IMG/VR virus record: IMGVR_UViG_3300044618_001120
Location: 1 to 37,984 of that record
DNA from: a virus
Taxonomy: Duplodnaviria; Caudoviricetes
Length of the DNA stretch: 37,984 bases
Reading direction: 5' to 3' (one strand)
The notes under the pieces are model-generated. The model made no database searches and was not told the DNA's origin. It saw only the letters and a program-made list of their open reading frames with translations. Shown one piece after another: positions 27,301-35,520 of the stretch (positions are counted from its first letter, which is position 1; every line of letters starts with the position of its first letter). The translations under genes were made by a program, and so were the position numbers.

Positions 27301-29031
27301 GAATATCAAAAACGCTTATTAAATGACTCAAATAAATTGAACGAGTTTTTAAATGAGCAATTTCAAAAAAGCAAGACAACGGAATTTTTAGATTTACCCG
27401 TAAAAATCAAACCACAGGGGGACACAGAAACCGACGTAAATATCCAAAAATTTTACGTTGACACGTTCCTAAAAAACCGCGACGCCGTAAACAAATTGGC
27501 GGACGCTGAGTTAAAAGAGCAATTGAAAACAGAGGCCGAGGCGCGAAAACAAGCAATAGCAGAGGCCGAAAAACAATACAAAGAATTGTCTGATATTATA
27601 GCGGCGGATATTAAACAAAACACGACCGCAATTGCAACCGCAATTCCAAACACGGGCGCATTAACGCAGACTCAGTACGACGAAGCCAAGAAAAATGGGG
27701 ACGATTACATAGAGACGTTACGCGCCAAAGGACGTTTTATTAACGACCAATTAGTAAGCGCACAAATTGCGGGCGCGGACAAAGCCGCGGAGGCGCTCCA
27801 AAAACAATTAGATGCAAACAATAGTTTATTGAATACGGCGGAACAAAGGTTAGCGGCGTATGTGGACGCCTCGGACGTTACTTTGCAAAATTCCACGTTA
27901 GCAAACGTAGCGGCGTACGCGGCGCAACGTGCGTTAATTGGCGCGTTTTTGAATGACAAGACGCAGGCGGAACGTGAGCAAGCAGAGCAAGCCCGCGCGG
28001 CCCGTTTGGCTGAGTTAAACCAAGAGGAAACGGACCTAGAAACGTCGTTAGCAAAACGCGAGGTTTCGTTTGACGAGTTCCAACAAAAGTTGGGCGCAAT
28101 AGCAGACGAACGCAGGGAACAAGAGAGCCAACAAGAGCAAACGTTTAATGCGGTTTTGGCTAATTTAAAGCGCTCAGGTGAACAAGCGTTGAACGAAATA
28201 GCCAAACAACAAAGCGCTCCAATAATTGCAACGGCAAAAGATAAGCAAACAAAAATATTGGCCGCGGAAAATGAATTGGCCCAAGCGCAAAGAGCGTTAA
28301 ACCGCACGTTAATTACGGACACAGAGCAGTACGCAAAAGCACAACAGGACGTAGCGGAAAAAACAAAAGCATTAGCCGACGTAGACGAGCAAACGTATGG
28401 TTTCCGTACCGCCGTATTAGAAGAGTTTGCGGGGCGTGCCATTGAACAATTTGGCGCATTGGCCGCCACGGGTACGGCAACCCTCGGGGATTTTGGCAAA
28501 GCGGGTTTAAAAATTGCGGCTGATTTATTGGCCCAACAAATACCGATTTTTGTGGCGCAAATATTTGGTACGACCGTTGGACAATTAGGACCATTTGGGG
28601 TTGTGGTTGCGGGTGGTTTAACGGCAACGCTATGGGCATTGTATAACGAAGCGGTTGCGGGTTTCAAGACGGGCGGTTACACAGGCGACGCGGGGACCGA
28701 CGAGGTTACGGGCGTTGTCCACGGCCAAGAATACGTATTGAACGCAGAGGCCACACGCGCAAACCGTGACGTTTTGGAGTGGGCAAATAAAACAAACCGC
28801 CCTATTTCTGAGTATTACAAATTTCACACCGTAGAAACAAGCACAACGGCCGTAACGCATGACGGCCAATTGATAAACGAGGTGCAAAAGTTACGAGAGG
28901 AAACCCGTAATTTAGGCGTTCACATTAGACGTAATACCACCGTGGAATTAACGGGCCAATTGGTTGCGGACGGTAACAGCATTAACGCAATGATTGAACA
29001 TAATAAACGCAAAACAATACGCAGAGGGTAA
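24388..29031 (+). CDS. Tape measure protein
   Basis: 1547 aa, TP901-like core (AGTSLRNVL, LFG), amphipathic W/F repeats, C-terminal GF.TGGYTG...GVVHGQEYV. Confidence 0.93.
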   Translation: MADAQISFGIDTRELFAGLQNVSTQTQQTITKLEQDAKRLGDALVNNMSKGAGGIANSKRELLAFVDENKKALAAMQLNGEAGTKAYKAIEDSVKKAQQEVAKIDDAAKKVDASLSGIGDGGNAATGKIGGMFSGLTDKIPGLSGGLGNLGGSFQSLAGGVTGLVPGLGSLTGVLAGGGITAGIAAVGAGVAYAIDKGKEFETQLASLSSITGVSGAGLDDLGAKAQSMATKFGTDASANIDAFKTILSKLGPDIAKSPEALNSMAESVNTLSKATGDDPGAATEALTGALLQFGVDLADPKNAADAMAVAMNTLAAGAKFGASEVPEVAAAINVAGVAASKSKVSFEETNSAIQILAAGGKVGAEAGTSLRNVLNKLGEGRFLPKDTAKELEKAGVDINKLGDTSITFSERLRELQKIQSDAALTTKLFGTDSAAASILIKGALNATGSGMDALTANVTGTQTATEQAKINMATFAETLARVKSNIDNFAISFYQGIQQVFGMIGEAVGPSMSRLFDAVGGTFQRIWSVVGPVLALIGGGIISGISNAINLVVETVTIGYNVFISVFDGILNAVQPIIDAFSEVGKIIGDALGFGDKGGETLDFMGIFQSVLNGVGDAIRFVADLISGALSGAISFVLTPVRFLAEVIGSVITKVAEWIKQSGILETVIGAVTSAVDFFQGIIQSIEGAFNAVIATVNDLIGFWNEMTSIVNLSGNVWQGFQSALNSVWEIIKNVANAIFDFGANIITTYLIEPVKAAIGWVTGIVSKIGEWVLSFGAVQGVITILRNAAAGVSSFFANIGSYIDTVKMAIGGIVSALNEVGNLVSEFFGAISRADFSGAYNVVANSINRISSAYKEGQETAGKYLQAQKDQEAQAAKMASVLDKLAGSSTNAANKQKVLNDFIIQDTTEVKPPPGGDDDTEEKEKGKTEKTITEFQKRKNAYDQFAARLEVSRESEFAKFTDQQKRESSEYQKRLLNDSNKLNEFLNEQFQKSKTTEFLDLPVKIKPQGDTETDVNIQKFYVDTFLKNRDAVNKLADAELKEQLKTEAEARKQAIAEAEKQYKELSDIIAADIKQNTTAIATAIPNTGALTQTQYDEAKKNGDDYIETLRAKGRFINDQLVSAQIAGADKAAEALQKQLDANNSLLNTAEQRLAAYVDASDVTLQNSTLANVAAYAAQRALIGAFLNDKTQAEREQAEQARAARLAELNQEETDLETSLAKREVSFDEFQQKLGAIADERREQESQQEQTFNAVLANLKRSGEQALNEIAKQQSAPIIATAKDKQTKILAAENELAQAQRALNRTLITDTEQYAKAQQDVAEKTKALADVDEQTYGFRTAVLEEFAGRAIEQFGALAATGTATLGDFGKAGLKIAADLLAQQIPIFVAQIFGTTVGQLGPFGVVVAGGLTATLWALYNEAVAGFKTGGYTGDAGTDEVTGVVHGQEYVLNAEATRANRDVLEWANKTNRPISEYYKFHTVETSTTAVTHDGQLINEVQKLREETRNLGVHIRRNTTVELTGQLVADGNSINAMIEHNKRKTIRRG

Positions 29032-29034
29032 TAT

Positions 29035-29505
29035 ATGGGTTGGCGATTTTGGGTTAAATTTGAGGGTTGCGACGTGGACACATTCAGTACGGGCCACGCG
29101 AGTTACGTAGCAATTGAATTGCCAATAACGGGTATATTCCCCGGCTCAGGTTATGAGTCAAAAACGGTAAAAACAATTGGCGGGCGTGAAATAGGACAAC
29201 GCAGATTGCGCCATAGTTTAGAGGTAAATTTATTTCCCGTTTCCACATGGGACAATGGAAACACAATAAGCACGGACCATGCCATGTATTTATTGGACGT
29301 AGTGTTACAAAAGAAATACGCCCGCATGGTTGCCCCCACGGCTCCAAAGAAATTACCCGACCGTTGGCGTGATGCAATTTTATTTCCAAATACGGCGCCC
29401 CTTATTCCGTTTGTGTTTGCGCGTTTTGATACGACAAATGAAAAGTTATGGGCCTCCGGACAGGAAAAATTAACGTTAACGCTTCATTCCCAAGACCTAA
29501 ATTAA
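29035..29505 (+). CDS. Distal tail-like protein
   Basis: Position directly after the tape measure; size. Confidence 0.5.
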   Translation: MGWRFWVKFEGCDVDTFSTGHASYVAIELPITGIFPGSGYESKTVKTIGGREIGQRRLRHSLEVNLFPVSTWDNGNTISTDHAMYLLDVVLQKKYARMVAPTAPKKLPDRWRDAILFPNTAPLIPFVFARFDTTNEKLWASGQEKLTLTLHSQDLN

Positions 29506-29506
29506 C

Positions 29507-31330
29507 ATGAATAAATATTACACGACATGGCAAAGCGATAACGGGTATAACTACCAATTAACTATAATTCCAAGCCATGACTACATAGACGCTATAGATA
29601 CAATAACGTCGGGTTATACAAACACGCTTCAATTACCCGCGTCGTTTTTATTAGAAACCATGACGTTAGATACTGAGTTGGGTGAAATACCCGCGGGGCT
29701 TGTTACCCAAACGTTACAAATAGAGGTTAACATAGCATCATTACAAGGCACCACCGCGTTAAATGATTTACGTACGGCGTTACTGAGAGGAACCACCGCA
29801 ACGTTATACCCAATTAAAAGCGTCGGGGGTTTTACCTATACAAATTTTTTCAATTGTTTTAATACGTTTATTCTTGAGTGTGATTATGGAACGGGAACAT
29901 TAGAGCCCATATTTATTGGGGGGCAAAAGTTCGCGGCTGAAAACGAAATAACGGTAACAAATCTAACAAACGTGGTAACGTATAAAATTGAATTATTCGA
30001 CATTATGCGTTGTATTGGTGAAATGATAACGCCCGAGTTTTGGGCTGAGGAGTTAGAAGCCAAAAACGCCGTTATTGATTGGGGTAATGGGTATTCACAA
30101 AATGAGCAAACAGAACATAAGAAATTGCGATGCGGTACCACATACGCAGAAACGGTTACAGGTTTTGAACGCACGGGCGCAATTGATTTAACCATTGAAC
30201 CGTACGTGTATCATGCAACCACGTTTGAGCGTATGGCGTCAAAGGTTGCGGAAATGTACGCGGGGCATTTGCGCGCTCTTATTCCCAATTATAGCAACCC
30301 CGTTGCCGTGCCGGTTCCATTTGCAAAGGCGTGGACATTTTACCGCAACCGTTTGGATTTTGCCGATACCCTCGTAAGCGTCTCAAAAATTGGTTATATT
30401 TGCGACATAAAAAATACGGAAACAGGGAATACGGACGGCGGGCCGCACGTGGATAAAAACGCTTTTGCGGCGTTTAATAATTTCCATGAGGTATTGAAAC
30501 TAATAGCCGAGCAGTCTCTAGAAATTTACCGTTTGTCTTATTCAAAATCTACGGTGGCGGGTTGGTTTGGCGCGTCATATACGGCCGACTTTTGTTTACC
30601 ACTTGAAAAAAGCGGCGGGCTCATAAATGGCATTTTATTCGATACGGCAAATATTGTTAGTGACGTTAAAATAAAGTTGTTGCAAGAAACATTAGCAGAG
30701 GCGACCGCTAACGTTAAAACAATAACAGGGGGCAAAGACACACAGGAATACCCCGCGGGCCGACAGGGAACAAGCGGGGACAATAGCAAAGATTTACAAG
30801 TTATATTCCATAATTTAACGTTAGCCACAGACCGTAAAAATGAGGGCGTAACAGCAACGCAATTAGATACTATAGACAACGCAACGTATTACGTGCGTAA
30901 TGGAATAGCAAGCGGGCATATAGTTTACAATGACGCGGGGACCGTGCGCAAAGTAGATACGCAATGCAGAGTGTCGTATAACTACGGTTTCACCGAGCCC
31001 GCCACAACGTCGTTAAATGGGTTATTCATTGGACGCAACGCCGCAATTATCAAGGAACAACAAGAGGCGGGGTTACCCGTTACATTAGCAAGCGCAATGG
31101 TAACGATTATGGGCGACCCTAAACAAGCGGTTGCCGAGTTCGACACCATAATAGAGGCCGTTAAATATTCAGACGTTGGCAAAGAGGCCCGTATTGATTT
31201 AAACGCGTTAAACCCATTGTTAACCGCAATATACAATGCAAACACGGCGCGCGCGGTAATTACCAAGCATAGCCACAATATCAATACAAATGAAGTAAGT
31301 TTAACGCTCAGAGTCCACGGGTTAACATGA
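29507..31330 (+). CDS. Tail tip/hub protein, putative
   Basis: 607 aa, beta-rich; position. Confidence 0.5.
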   Translation: MNKYYTTWQSDNGYNYQLTIIPSHDYIDAIDTITSGYTNTLQLPASFLLETMTLDTELGEIPAGLVTQTLQIEVNIASLQGTTALNDLRTALLRGTTATLYPIKSVGGFTYTNFFNCFNTFILECDYGTGTLEPIFIGGQKFAAENEITVTNLTNVVTYKIELFDIMRCIGEMITPEFWAEELEAKNAVIDWGNGYSQNEQTEHKKLRCGTTYAETVTGFERTGAIDLTIEPYVYHATTFERMASKVAEMYAGHLRALIPNYSNPVAVPVPFAKAWTFYRNRLDFADTLVSVSKIGYICDIKNTETGNTDGGPHVDKNAFAAFNNFHEVLKLIAEQSLEIYRLSYSKSTVAGWFGASYTADFCLPLEKSGGLINGILFDTANIVSDVKIKLLQETLAEATANVKTITGGKDTQEYPAGRQGTSGDNSKDLQVIFHNLTLATDRKNEGVTATQLDTIDNATYYVRNGIASGHIVYNDAGTVRKVDTQCRVSYNYGFTEPATTSLNGLFIGRNAAIIKEQQEAGLPVTLASAMVTIMGDPKQAVAEFDTIIEAVKYSDVGKEARIDLNALNPLLTAIYNANTARAVITKHSHNINTNEVSLTLRVHGLT

Positions 31331-32037
31331 AACAAAATGAGTTAGTACGGCCCGCGGGCATAGGGCGTAAACAAGTGGCGTTTAGTACGTCGGTGACGCC
31401 GTCGCCATTGTCCGAGGCCACAGACCAATTAAACGCAATAGAGTTAACCGCAGAGCGTTTAAACATGGTAACAGGGGTTACGGGTTTTGCTGAGTCCGCC
31501 GCATATTCGGCCGCAACCGCAACCCAAAACGCCGTGCAAAATTTCCCATTTGAAATAACGGGGGTTCGTGAGTTTTGGTTTGTTGGGTCCGCCAATATCC
31601 AATGGAATTTTAATACATATACTATATTGAACCCGTATGTAAGTTACGACCCGCGGTTACAGGAATTTACATTACGGAAACCGGGTTGGTATTACATAAA
31701 ATGTATGTTATTTACAACCGCAACCAATGCCAACGTGGATTGGTGGGTTAGTCTCATTACCCCAACGGCGTTAACCCCCGCGCTCTCAGAGCGTCACGCG
31801 CAATACATGGATTATACCAACGCGTACAAACATTGCCATTTGAACGGTTCCGCGTTATTGAACGTGCCAACGCAAAACGAGCAATGGCCACAGGGTGAAC
31901 GCAAGTTTACGTTACGATTGGGAACAACACACGCGGGTTCCCAAACGCTCACAACGGCGAACACAAAGGCCAATTTACAAATTATTTATTTGGGCGCATT
32001 ACCCATAAGTGAGCGCGCCACAATTACCGCAGTTTAA
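31327..32037 (+). CDS. Tail-tip protein with a C1q/TNF-like C-terminus, putative
   Basis: FTLRKPGWYYI motif; position. Confidence 0.45.
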   Translation: MKQNELVRPAGIGRKQVAFSTSVTPSPLSEATDQLNAIELTAERLNMVTGVTGFAESAAYSAATATQNAVQNFPFEITGVREFWFVGSANIQWNFNTYTILNPYVSYDPRLQEFTLRKPGWYYIKCMLFTTATNANVDWWVSLITPTALTPALSERHAQYMDYTNAYKHCHLNGSALLNVPTQNEQWPQGERKFTLRLGTTHAGSQTLTTANTKANLQIIYLGALPISERATITAV

Positions 32038-32046
32038 GAGGTTATC

Positions 32047-32544
32047 ATGCAATTTTACACAGGCCGCAAAGGCGTTGACCGCGTGCGCAATACGTTCGAT
32101 TTTGGCACGTTAGATACATTGGCGTACGCGTCGGGGGATATATTAACAAGCGCCGCAATTTCGGTTGCTGAGTCCGCACGTTCCGCAGGCGAACCCGGGG
32201 AATTACAAAAAATCATTTTAAAAGAAACAAACACGGGCGGAACATTACAGCGCCCCGCATTACGTATATGGTTGTTTGGTTCCGCATTGACACCCGCCGC
32301 GCGTAATAGTCCACAGGCGTTTACAAGCGCCCAAATGGATTTATACATTGGGTTTATTGATATTGCCAACGCCGATTGGATTAACAACGGAACGGGGGTT
32401 GCCATTGTAGAAAAAACGGTTAGTATTCCATATAGATTGCAACCCGCCTCAAATATATTATATTTAGTTCCTGAAATACGAGGCGCGTTTACGTTTCATT
32501 CCACGGCCCGTATAACAGGCCAAACCATACAAGCAATAGACTAA
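32047..32544 (+). CDS. Hypothetical (probable virion) protein
   Basis: AYASGD..., LRIWLF jelly-roll-like pattern; end of the late operon. Confidence 0.55.
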   Translation: MQFYTGRKGVDRVRNTFDFGTLDTLAYASGDILTSAAISVAESARSAGEPGELQKIILKETNTGGTLQRPALRIWLFGSALTPAARNSPQAFTSAQMDLYIGFIDIANADWINNGTGVAIVEKTVSIPYRLQPASNILYLVPEIRGAFTFHSTARITGQTIQAID

Positions 32545-32547
32545 AAT

Positions 32548-32754
32548 ATGGCAACGTTTACAATAACCGATATAAACGACGGGACAACGTATATTGTGGC
32601 GGCTAACGACGTGAATGCCATATATGATATTGACGACTACCGTATATTAATTAAAAACGACGGCACCCGTTACGACGTTTCTGAGACGTTTGCAAGTTTA
32701 ACGCATGACGCGGGCGGTGGCCATGGTGGCGGTGGCGGTGGCGGTGGTCCGTAA
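32548..32754 (+). CDS. Small protein with a poly-Gly tail
   Basis: ATG ORF with an A-rich start context, followed by hairpins. Confidence 0.6.
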   Translation: MATFTITDINDGTTYIVAANDVNAIYDIDDYRILIKNDGTRYDVSETFASLTHDAGGGHGGGGGGGGP

Positions 32755-32760
32755 TAAAAA

Positions 32761-32785
32761 TAGGCCCGCAAAATATACGGGCCTA
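32761..32785 (+). terminator. Hairpin ending the late operon
   Basis: TAGGCCCG-CAAAATATA-CGGGCCTA. Confidence 0.6.
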
Positions 32786-32850
32786 ACTCTTGGGGGGAGG
32801 CGCGGTTATTGTGGACCGCACCCCAATATAATACATTTGAGTATAAAAAC

Positions 32851-32881
32851 AAATAGGCACCCCGTTAAGAGTGCCTATTTT
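32851..32881. terminator. Possibly bidirectional terminator hairpin
   Basis: AAATAGGCAC-CCCGTTAAGA-GTGCCTATTT. Confidence 0.6.
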
Positions 32882-32964
32882 ACGCCATAACGATAAGTAT
32901 TACCACGCGCCCCAAGCGTGACAGATGCAATATACTAAATTTCATGAGCATAGCAAGCAAATAA

Positions 32965-33162
32965 ATGATACGAGTAATAATACAATACACGGACGGAACC
33001 GCCCGCCAATTTTTACCCGCCACATGGGCGCAAATAATGCAATTATCCAACACGGAAAACGTGGCGGAAATGACAATATTTGCAATTACACCCCGCGATT
33101 TCCAAGAATATCAAAAAAAAATTAACGCCGAAAACATAGGTTTTATGCGGGTTTCACGTTAG
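32965..33162 (+). CDS. Small hypothetical protein
   Basis: ATG preceded by GAGCATAGCAAGCAAATAA. Confidence 0.5.
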   Translation: MIRVIIQYTDGTARQFLPATWAQIMQLSNTENVAEMTIFAITPRDFQEYQKKINAENIGFMRVSR

Positions 33163-33197
33163 GCGTAAAATTATTTTCAAATTATTTTATTTTTTTC

Positions 33198-33228
33198 TTG
33201 CATCGTGTTAAAGTTTACACTAAGTTTG
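33198..33228 (+). promoter_or_regulatory. Bacteroidota-type primary sigma promoter for early genes
   Basis: TTG-N20-TAAGTTTG matches the -33 TTG / -7 TAnnTTTG consensus, with an AT-rich upstream tract. Confidence 0.75.
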
Positions 33229-33269
33229 TACCAAGTTAAACGAAACACAAACACAAACGGAGCACGGCA

Positions 33270-33452
33270 ATGTTAACAATTAGAAGACGAAACAGAGGAA
33301 CAAGAGAAGTAACGGAAGTTACATTAAACGTTGCAATATCTGAGTTATCCGAATTTAGTGGCGAAACATTCGATTTCATAAACGACAAAGCGGCCGAGTG
33401 GTATTTTAAGATTGTTAAGCCACAAACAAGCAAATTTGATTATTTCATCTAA
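33270..33452 (+). CDS. Early hypothetical protein
   Basis: GGAGCACGGCA-ATG start; first gene after the promoter. Confidence 0.7.
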   Translation: MLTIRRRNRGTREVTEVTLNVAISELSEFSGETFDFINDKAAEWYFKIVKPQTSKFDYFI

Positions 33453-33465
33453 TTGGAGCAAAGCA

Positions 33466-33681
33466 ATGACAAACGAACAAAAAAAATTACTTATTCATGT
33501 GAACCCCGTAAACGCGTACCATGAGTTTATTACAACCCCCGAGTTATATGAAACATGGGAAATGCTCCGTACAACCGCCTCAAATGCAATGCGCACAATT
33601 ACACGCGTTTACACGACAAAAGACGAAATAATAGCAAGCCAACAAGCGTTGTTGACAATGTTAAAATTAGGCATGATTTAA
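33466..33681 (+). CDS. Early hypothetical protein
   Basis: TTGGAGCAAAGCA-ATG start. Confidence 0.7.
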   Translation: MTNEQKKLLIHVNPVNAYHEFITTPELYETWEMLRTTASNAMRTITRVYTTKDEIIASQQALLTMLKLGMI

Positions 33682-33702
33682 TAAAACTATTTGGAGCATG
33701 TT

Positions 33703-33843
33703 ATGAAAAATTCAGTTAAATTAGTCTTGGTACAAACATACGCCACAAAGCAAGCGGCTCAGAAATTAGCCCCAAACAAACAAAGCGTAAAACAGCATGG
33801 CGACGGCCGGTATTACATAATAAGCAAAGGAGCAAAGAAATGA
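33703..33843 (+). CDS. Early small basic protein (46 aa, MKNSVKLVLVQTYATKQAAQK...)
   Basis: Hand-translated; TTTGGAGCATGTT-ATG start; ATGA overlap with the next gene. Confidence 0.65.
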   Translation: MKNSVKLVLVQTYATKQAAQKLAPNKQSVKQHGDGRYYIISKGAKK

Positions 33844-34070
33844 AACGCATAGTTATTACACGCGACGAGGTTATACAATTCGCTGAAAATTTAAGCAATA
33901 TAACCAATGGTTATTATGAATTGGACGACGCTCAAAACGTGATTAAAACGAACATGGCACAATACGATAGCGATTTACATACATGGAATTATGACGCCGA
34001 CGCGATTATGTTTAACATAATGGACGACGCGTTTAACTTTGACGGCAAATATTACACAGTAGAGGGGTGA
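33840..34070 (+). CDS. Early acidic hypothetical protein
   Basis: GGAGCAAAGAA-ATG start. Confidence 0.7.
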   Translation: MKRIVITRDEVIQFAENLSNITNGYYELDDAQNVIKTNMAQYDSDLHTWNYDADAIMFNIMDDAFNFDGKYYTVEG

Positions 34071-34072
34071 AT

Positions 34073-34198
34073 ATGAATAAGCAAACCGAAAAACAAGAAA
34101 TGCCAAAGAGTATTTTATGGCCCGTATTTATAGTAATTATGGCGCACATTATTTTACAATTTTTTGAACAAACATTGTGGGGGTTGCCATTGGAATGA
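34073..34198 (+). CDS. Small membrane protein (41 aa)
   Basis: GAGGGGTGAAT-ATG; ILWPVFIVIMAHIIL TM segment; ATGA overlap with the next gene. Confidence 0.6.
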   Translation: MNKQTEKQEMPKSILWPVFIVIMAHIILQFFEQTLWGLPLE

Positions 34199-34416
34199 CA
34201 GAATATGTAACGGCAAACGAGGCGGCGCAAATGCTGAGAGTAAGCAAACGCCACGTTTACCACCTAATTAAAGGGCGTGACCGCGTAACAAAGCATGGCA
34301 CGCGATTTGAACCGCCCGTATTTACTAACGTGATTAAAATTCACAAACAACGTTACACATGGTATTTAATACATGTGGACGACATTAGGAAACGCAATGG
34401 AACATGCAAAGATTAA
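34195..34416 (+). CDS. Excisionase/MerR-like HTH DNA-binding protein
   Basis: YVTANEAAQMLRVSKRHVYHLIK. Confidence 0.75.
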   Translation: MTEYVTANEAAQMLRVSKRHVYHLIKGRDRVTKHGTRFEPPVFTNVIKIHKQRYTWYLIHVDDIRKRNGTCKD

Positions 34417-34645
34417 AGCCCGCCATAAGATGCCCGCGGCGCACAGGATAGAACAAGAATTACGCAATGAAATGACGGCTCAGGATTTCGAAAAAATTTC
34501 AAAAATACTTATGTACGCCCGGCAATCAGAAAACATGCAATTACAATTGGCATGGCGTTATGGCAAAGAGGGTAAAACATTTGACGAGTTTATGCAAAGT
34601 TTTACTCAGACCGTTAATTATGTTAATTGGGGTGATAGGATATGA
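34397..34645 (+). CDS. Hypothetical protein
   Basis: ATG ORF with coupled overlaps. Confidence 0.6.
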   Translation: MEHAKIKARHKMPAAHRIEQELRNEMTAQDFEKISKILMYARQSENMQLQLAWRYGKEGKTFDEFMQSFTQTVNYVNWGDRI

Positions 34646-34866
34646 AACCCCAAACGGAAAACGAGCCACGCCAATTTTACGGCGCATTTGATGAAAACGG
34701 GATTTTGTTAGATTACAACGTATTTGAGGAAACCGTACGGGATTGGGCGGACGGCCAATTTAAAAACGAAATGTATTTTATTGGCAAAGTTGAATTTAGC
34801 GAATTGGAGCAAATTAAAATCGGTTGGAATATTCACGACGAACCAAACGGAGGCGACCATGAGTAA
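34642..34866 (+). CDS. Hypothetical protein ending GGDHE
   Basis: ATGA overlap; ends in the junction repeat. Confidence 0.65.
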   Translation: MKPQTENEPRQFYGAFDENGILLDYNVFEETVRDWADGQFKNEMYFIGKVEFSELEQIKIGWNIHDEPNGGDHE

Positions 34867-35167
34867 GCAACAAACGGCGGTTAAAATGTTTAAAGCTCAA
34901 AAGCAAACAAAACGTTTCCGCAAAAACCAAACCGTTTGGGTAATAGCAGATTTTGCAAACCATGCAATTATATGGCATAAATGGCAAGGCATAGGACGGT
35001 ATGTTATGGCTACAATAGCAAAGTTTGCAACGTCTAATAATTGGAATGCGAATATAGGCAATAGCGGATTTAAACAAATTGAAATAAGTCAGAACGAATT
35101 TAACGCAATAACTAAAATGTTCCCGGCAAAATATTTGTTAGAAACCTACGGAGGCGACCATGAGTAA
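34859..35167 (+). CDS. Cassette gene (MSKQQTAVKMF...GGDHE)
   Basis: Starts and ends in junction repeats. Confidence 0.7.
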   Translation: MSKQQTAVKMFKAQKQTKRFRKNQTVWVIADFANHAIIWHKWQGIGRYVMATIAKFATSNNWNANIGNSGFKQIEISQNEFNAITKMFPAKYLLETYGGDHE

Positions 35168-35387
35168 GCAACAAACCGCAGTAGATTGGTTGGAACATAC
35201 TTTGAAATATGTATTCACTATTGATGAAATGCAACAAGAAAAAATTGATAGCATGTTTGCACAAGCGAAGATAAAGGAATGCGAGCAAATTGCAAAAGCA
35301 TGGGAGCGTAGGGCAATGGATGTGACCGGATATGATTATTACAGAGTTTATCATGGTAAATTACCAATTGGAGGCGACCATGAGTAA
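35160..35387 (+). CDS. Cassette gene (MSKQQTAVDWL...GGDHE)
   Basis: Starts and ends in junction repeats; QTAVxWL N-terminal motif. Confidence 0.7.
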   Translation: MSKQQTAVDWLEHTLKYVFTIDEMQQEKIDSMFAQAKIKECEQIAKAWERRAMDVTGYDYYRVYHGKLPIGGDHE

Positions 35388-35502
35388 AAGCAAAGCATTT
35401 GATTTGGTTATACAATTTTTGGTATTTACCATATTTTTGGCCGGTGCGTCGGTATGTGTTTTGGCGGTGGCGGCCTTGGTTAAATATGTTTTTTTTTCTT
35501 AA
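35380..35502 (+). CDS. Small membrane protein (40 aa)
   Basis: Hand-translated MSKSKAFDLVIQFLVFTIFLAGASVCVLAVAALVKYVFFS; starts in the third repeat. Confidence 0.6.
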   Translation: MSKSKAFDLVIQFLVFTIFLAGASVCVLAVAALVKYVFFS

Positions 35503-35520
35503 TTATTTGGAGCAATAGTA

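Larger units (their letters stand above)
34847..35387 (+). repeat. Three gene-junction direct repeats, GGAGGCGACCATGAGTAA
   Basis: 29-nt identical copies at 34847-34875 and 35148-35176; an 18-nt copy at 35370-35387. Confidence 0.92.

Noticed and set aside
24309-28887. Long minus-strand ORFs (e.g. 26439-27188, 27705-28667)
   Set aside because: These are antisense shadows of the tape measure gene, with no motifs or start signals. The same applies to 3564-4145 and the other minus-strand ORFs.
32711-32748. GGY repeat as a DNA element
   Set aside because: It is explained by the poly-Gly tail of the 68-aa ORF.
34847-35387. CRISPR array
   Set aside because: The spacers are 190-270 nt protein-coding genes, and the repeats are SD/start/stop junctions.
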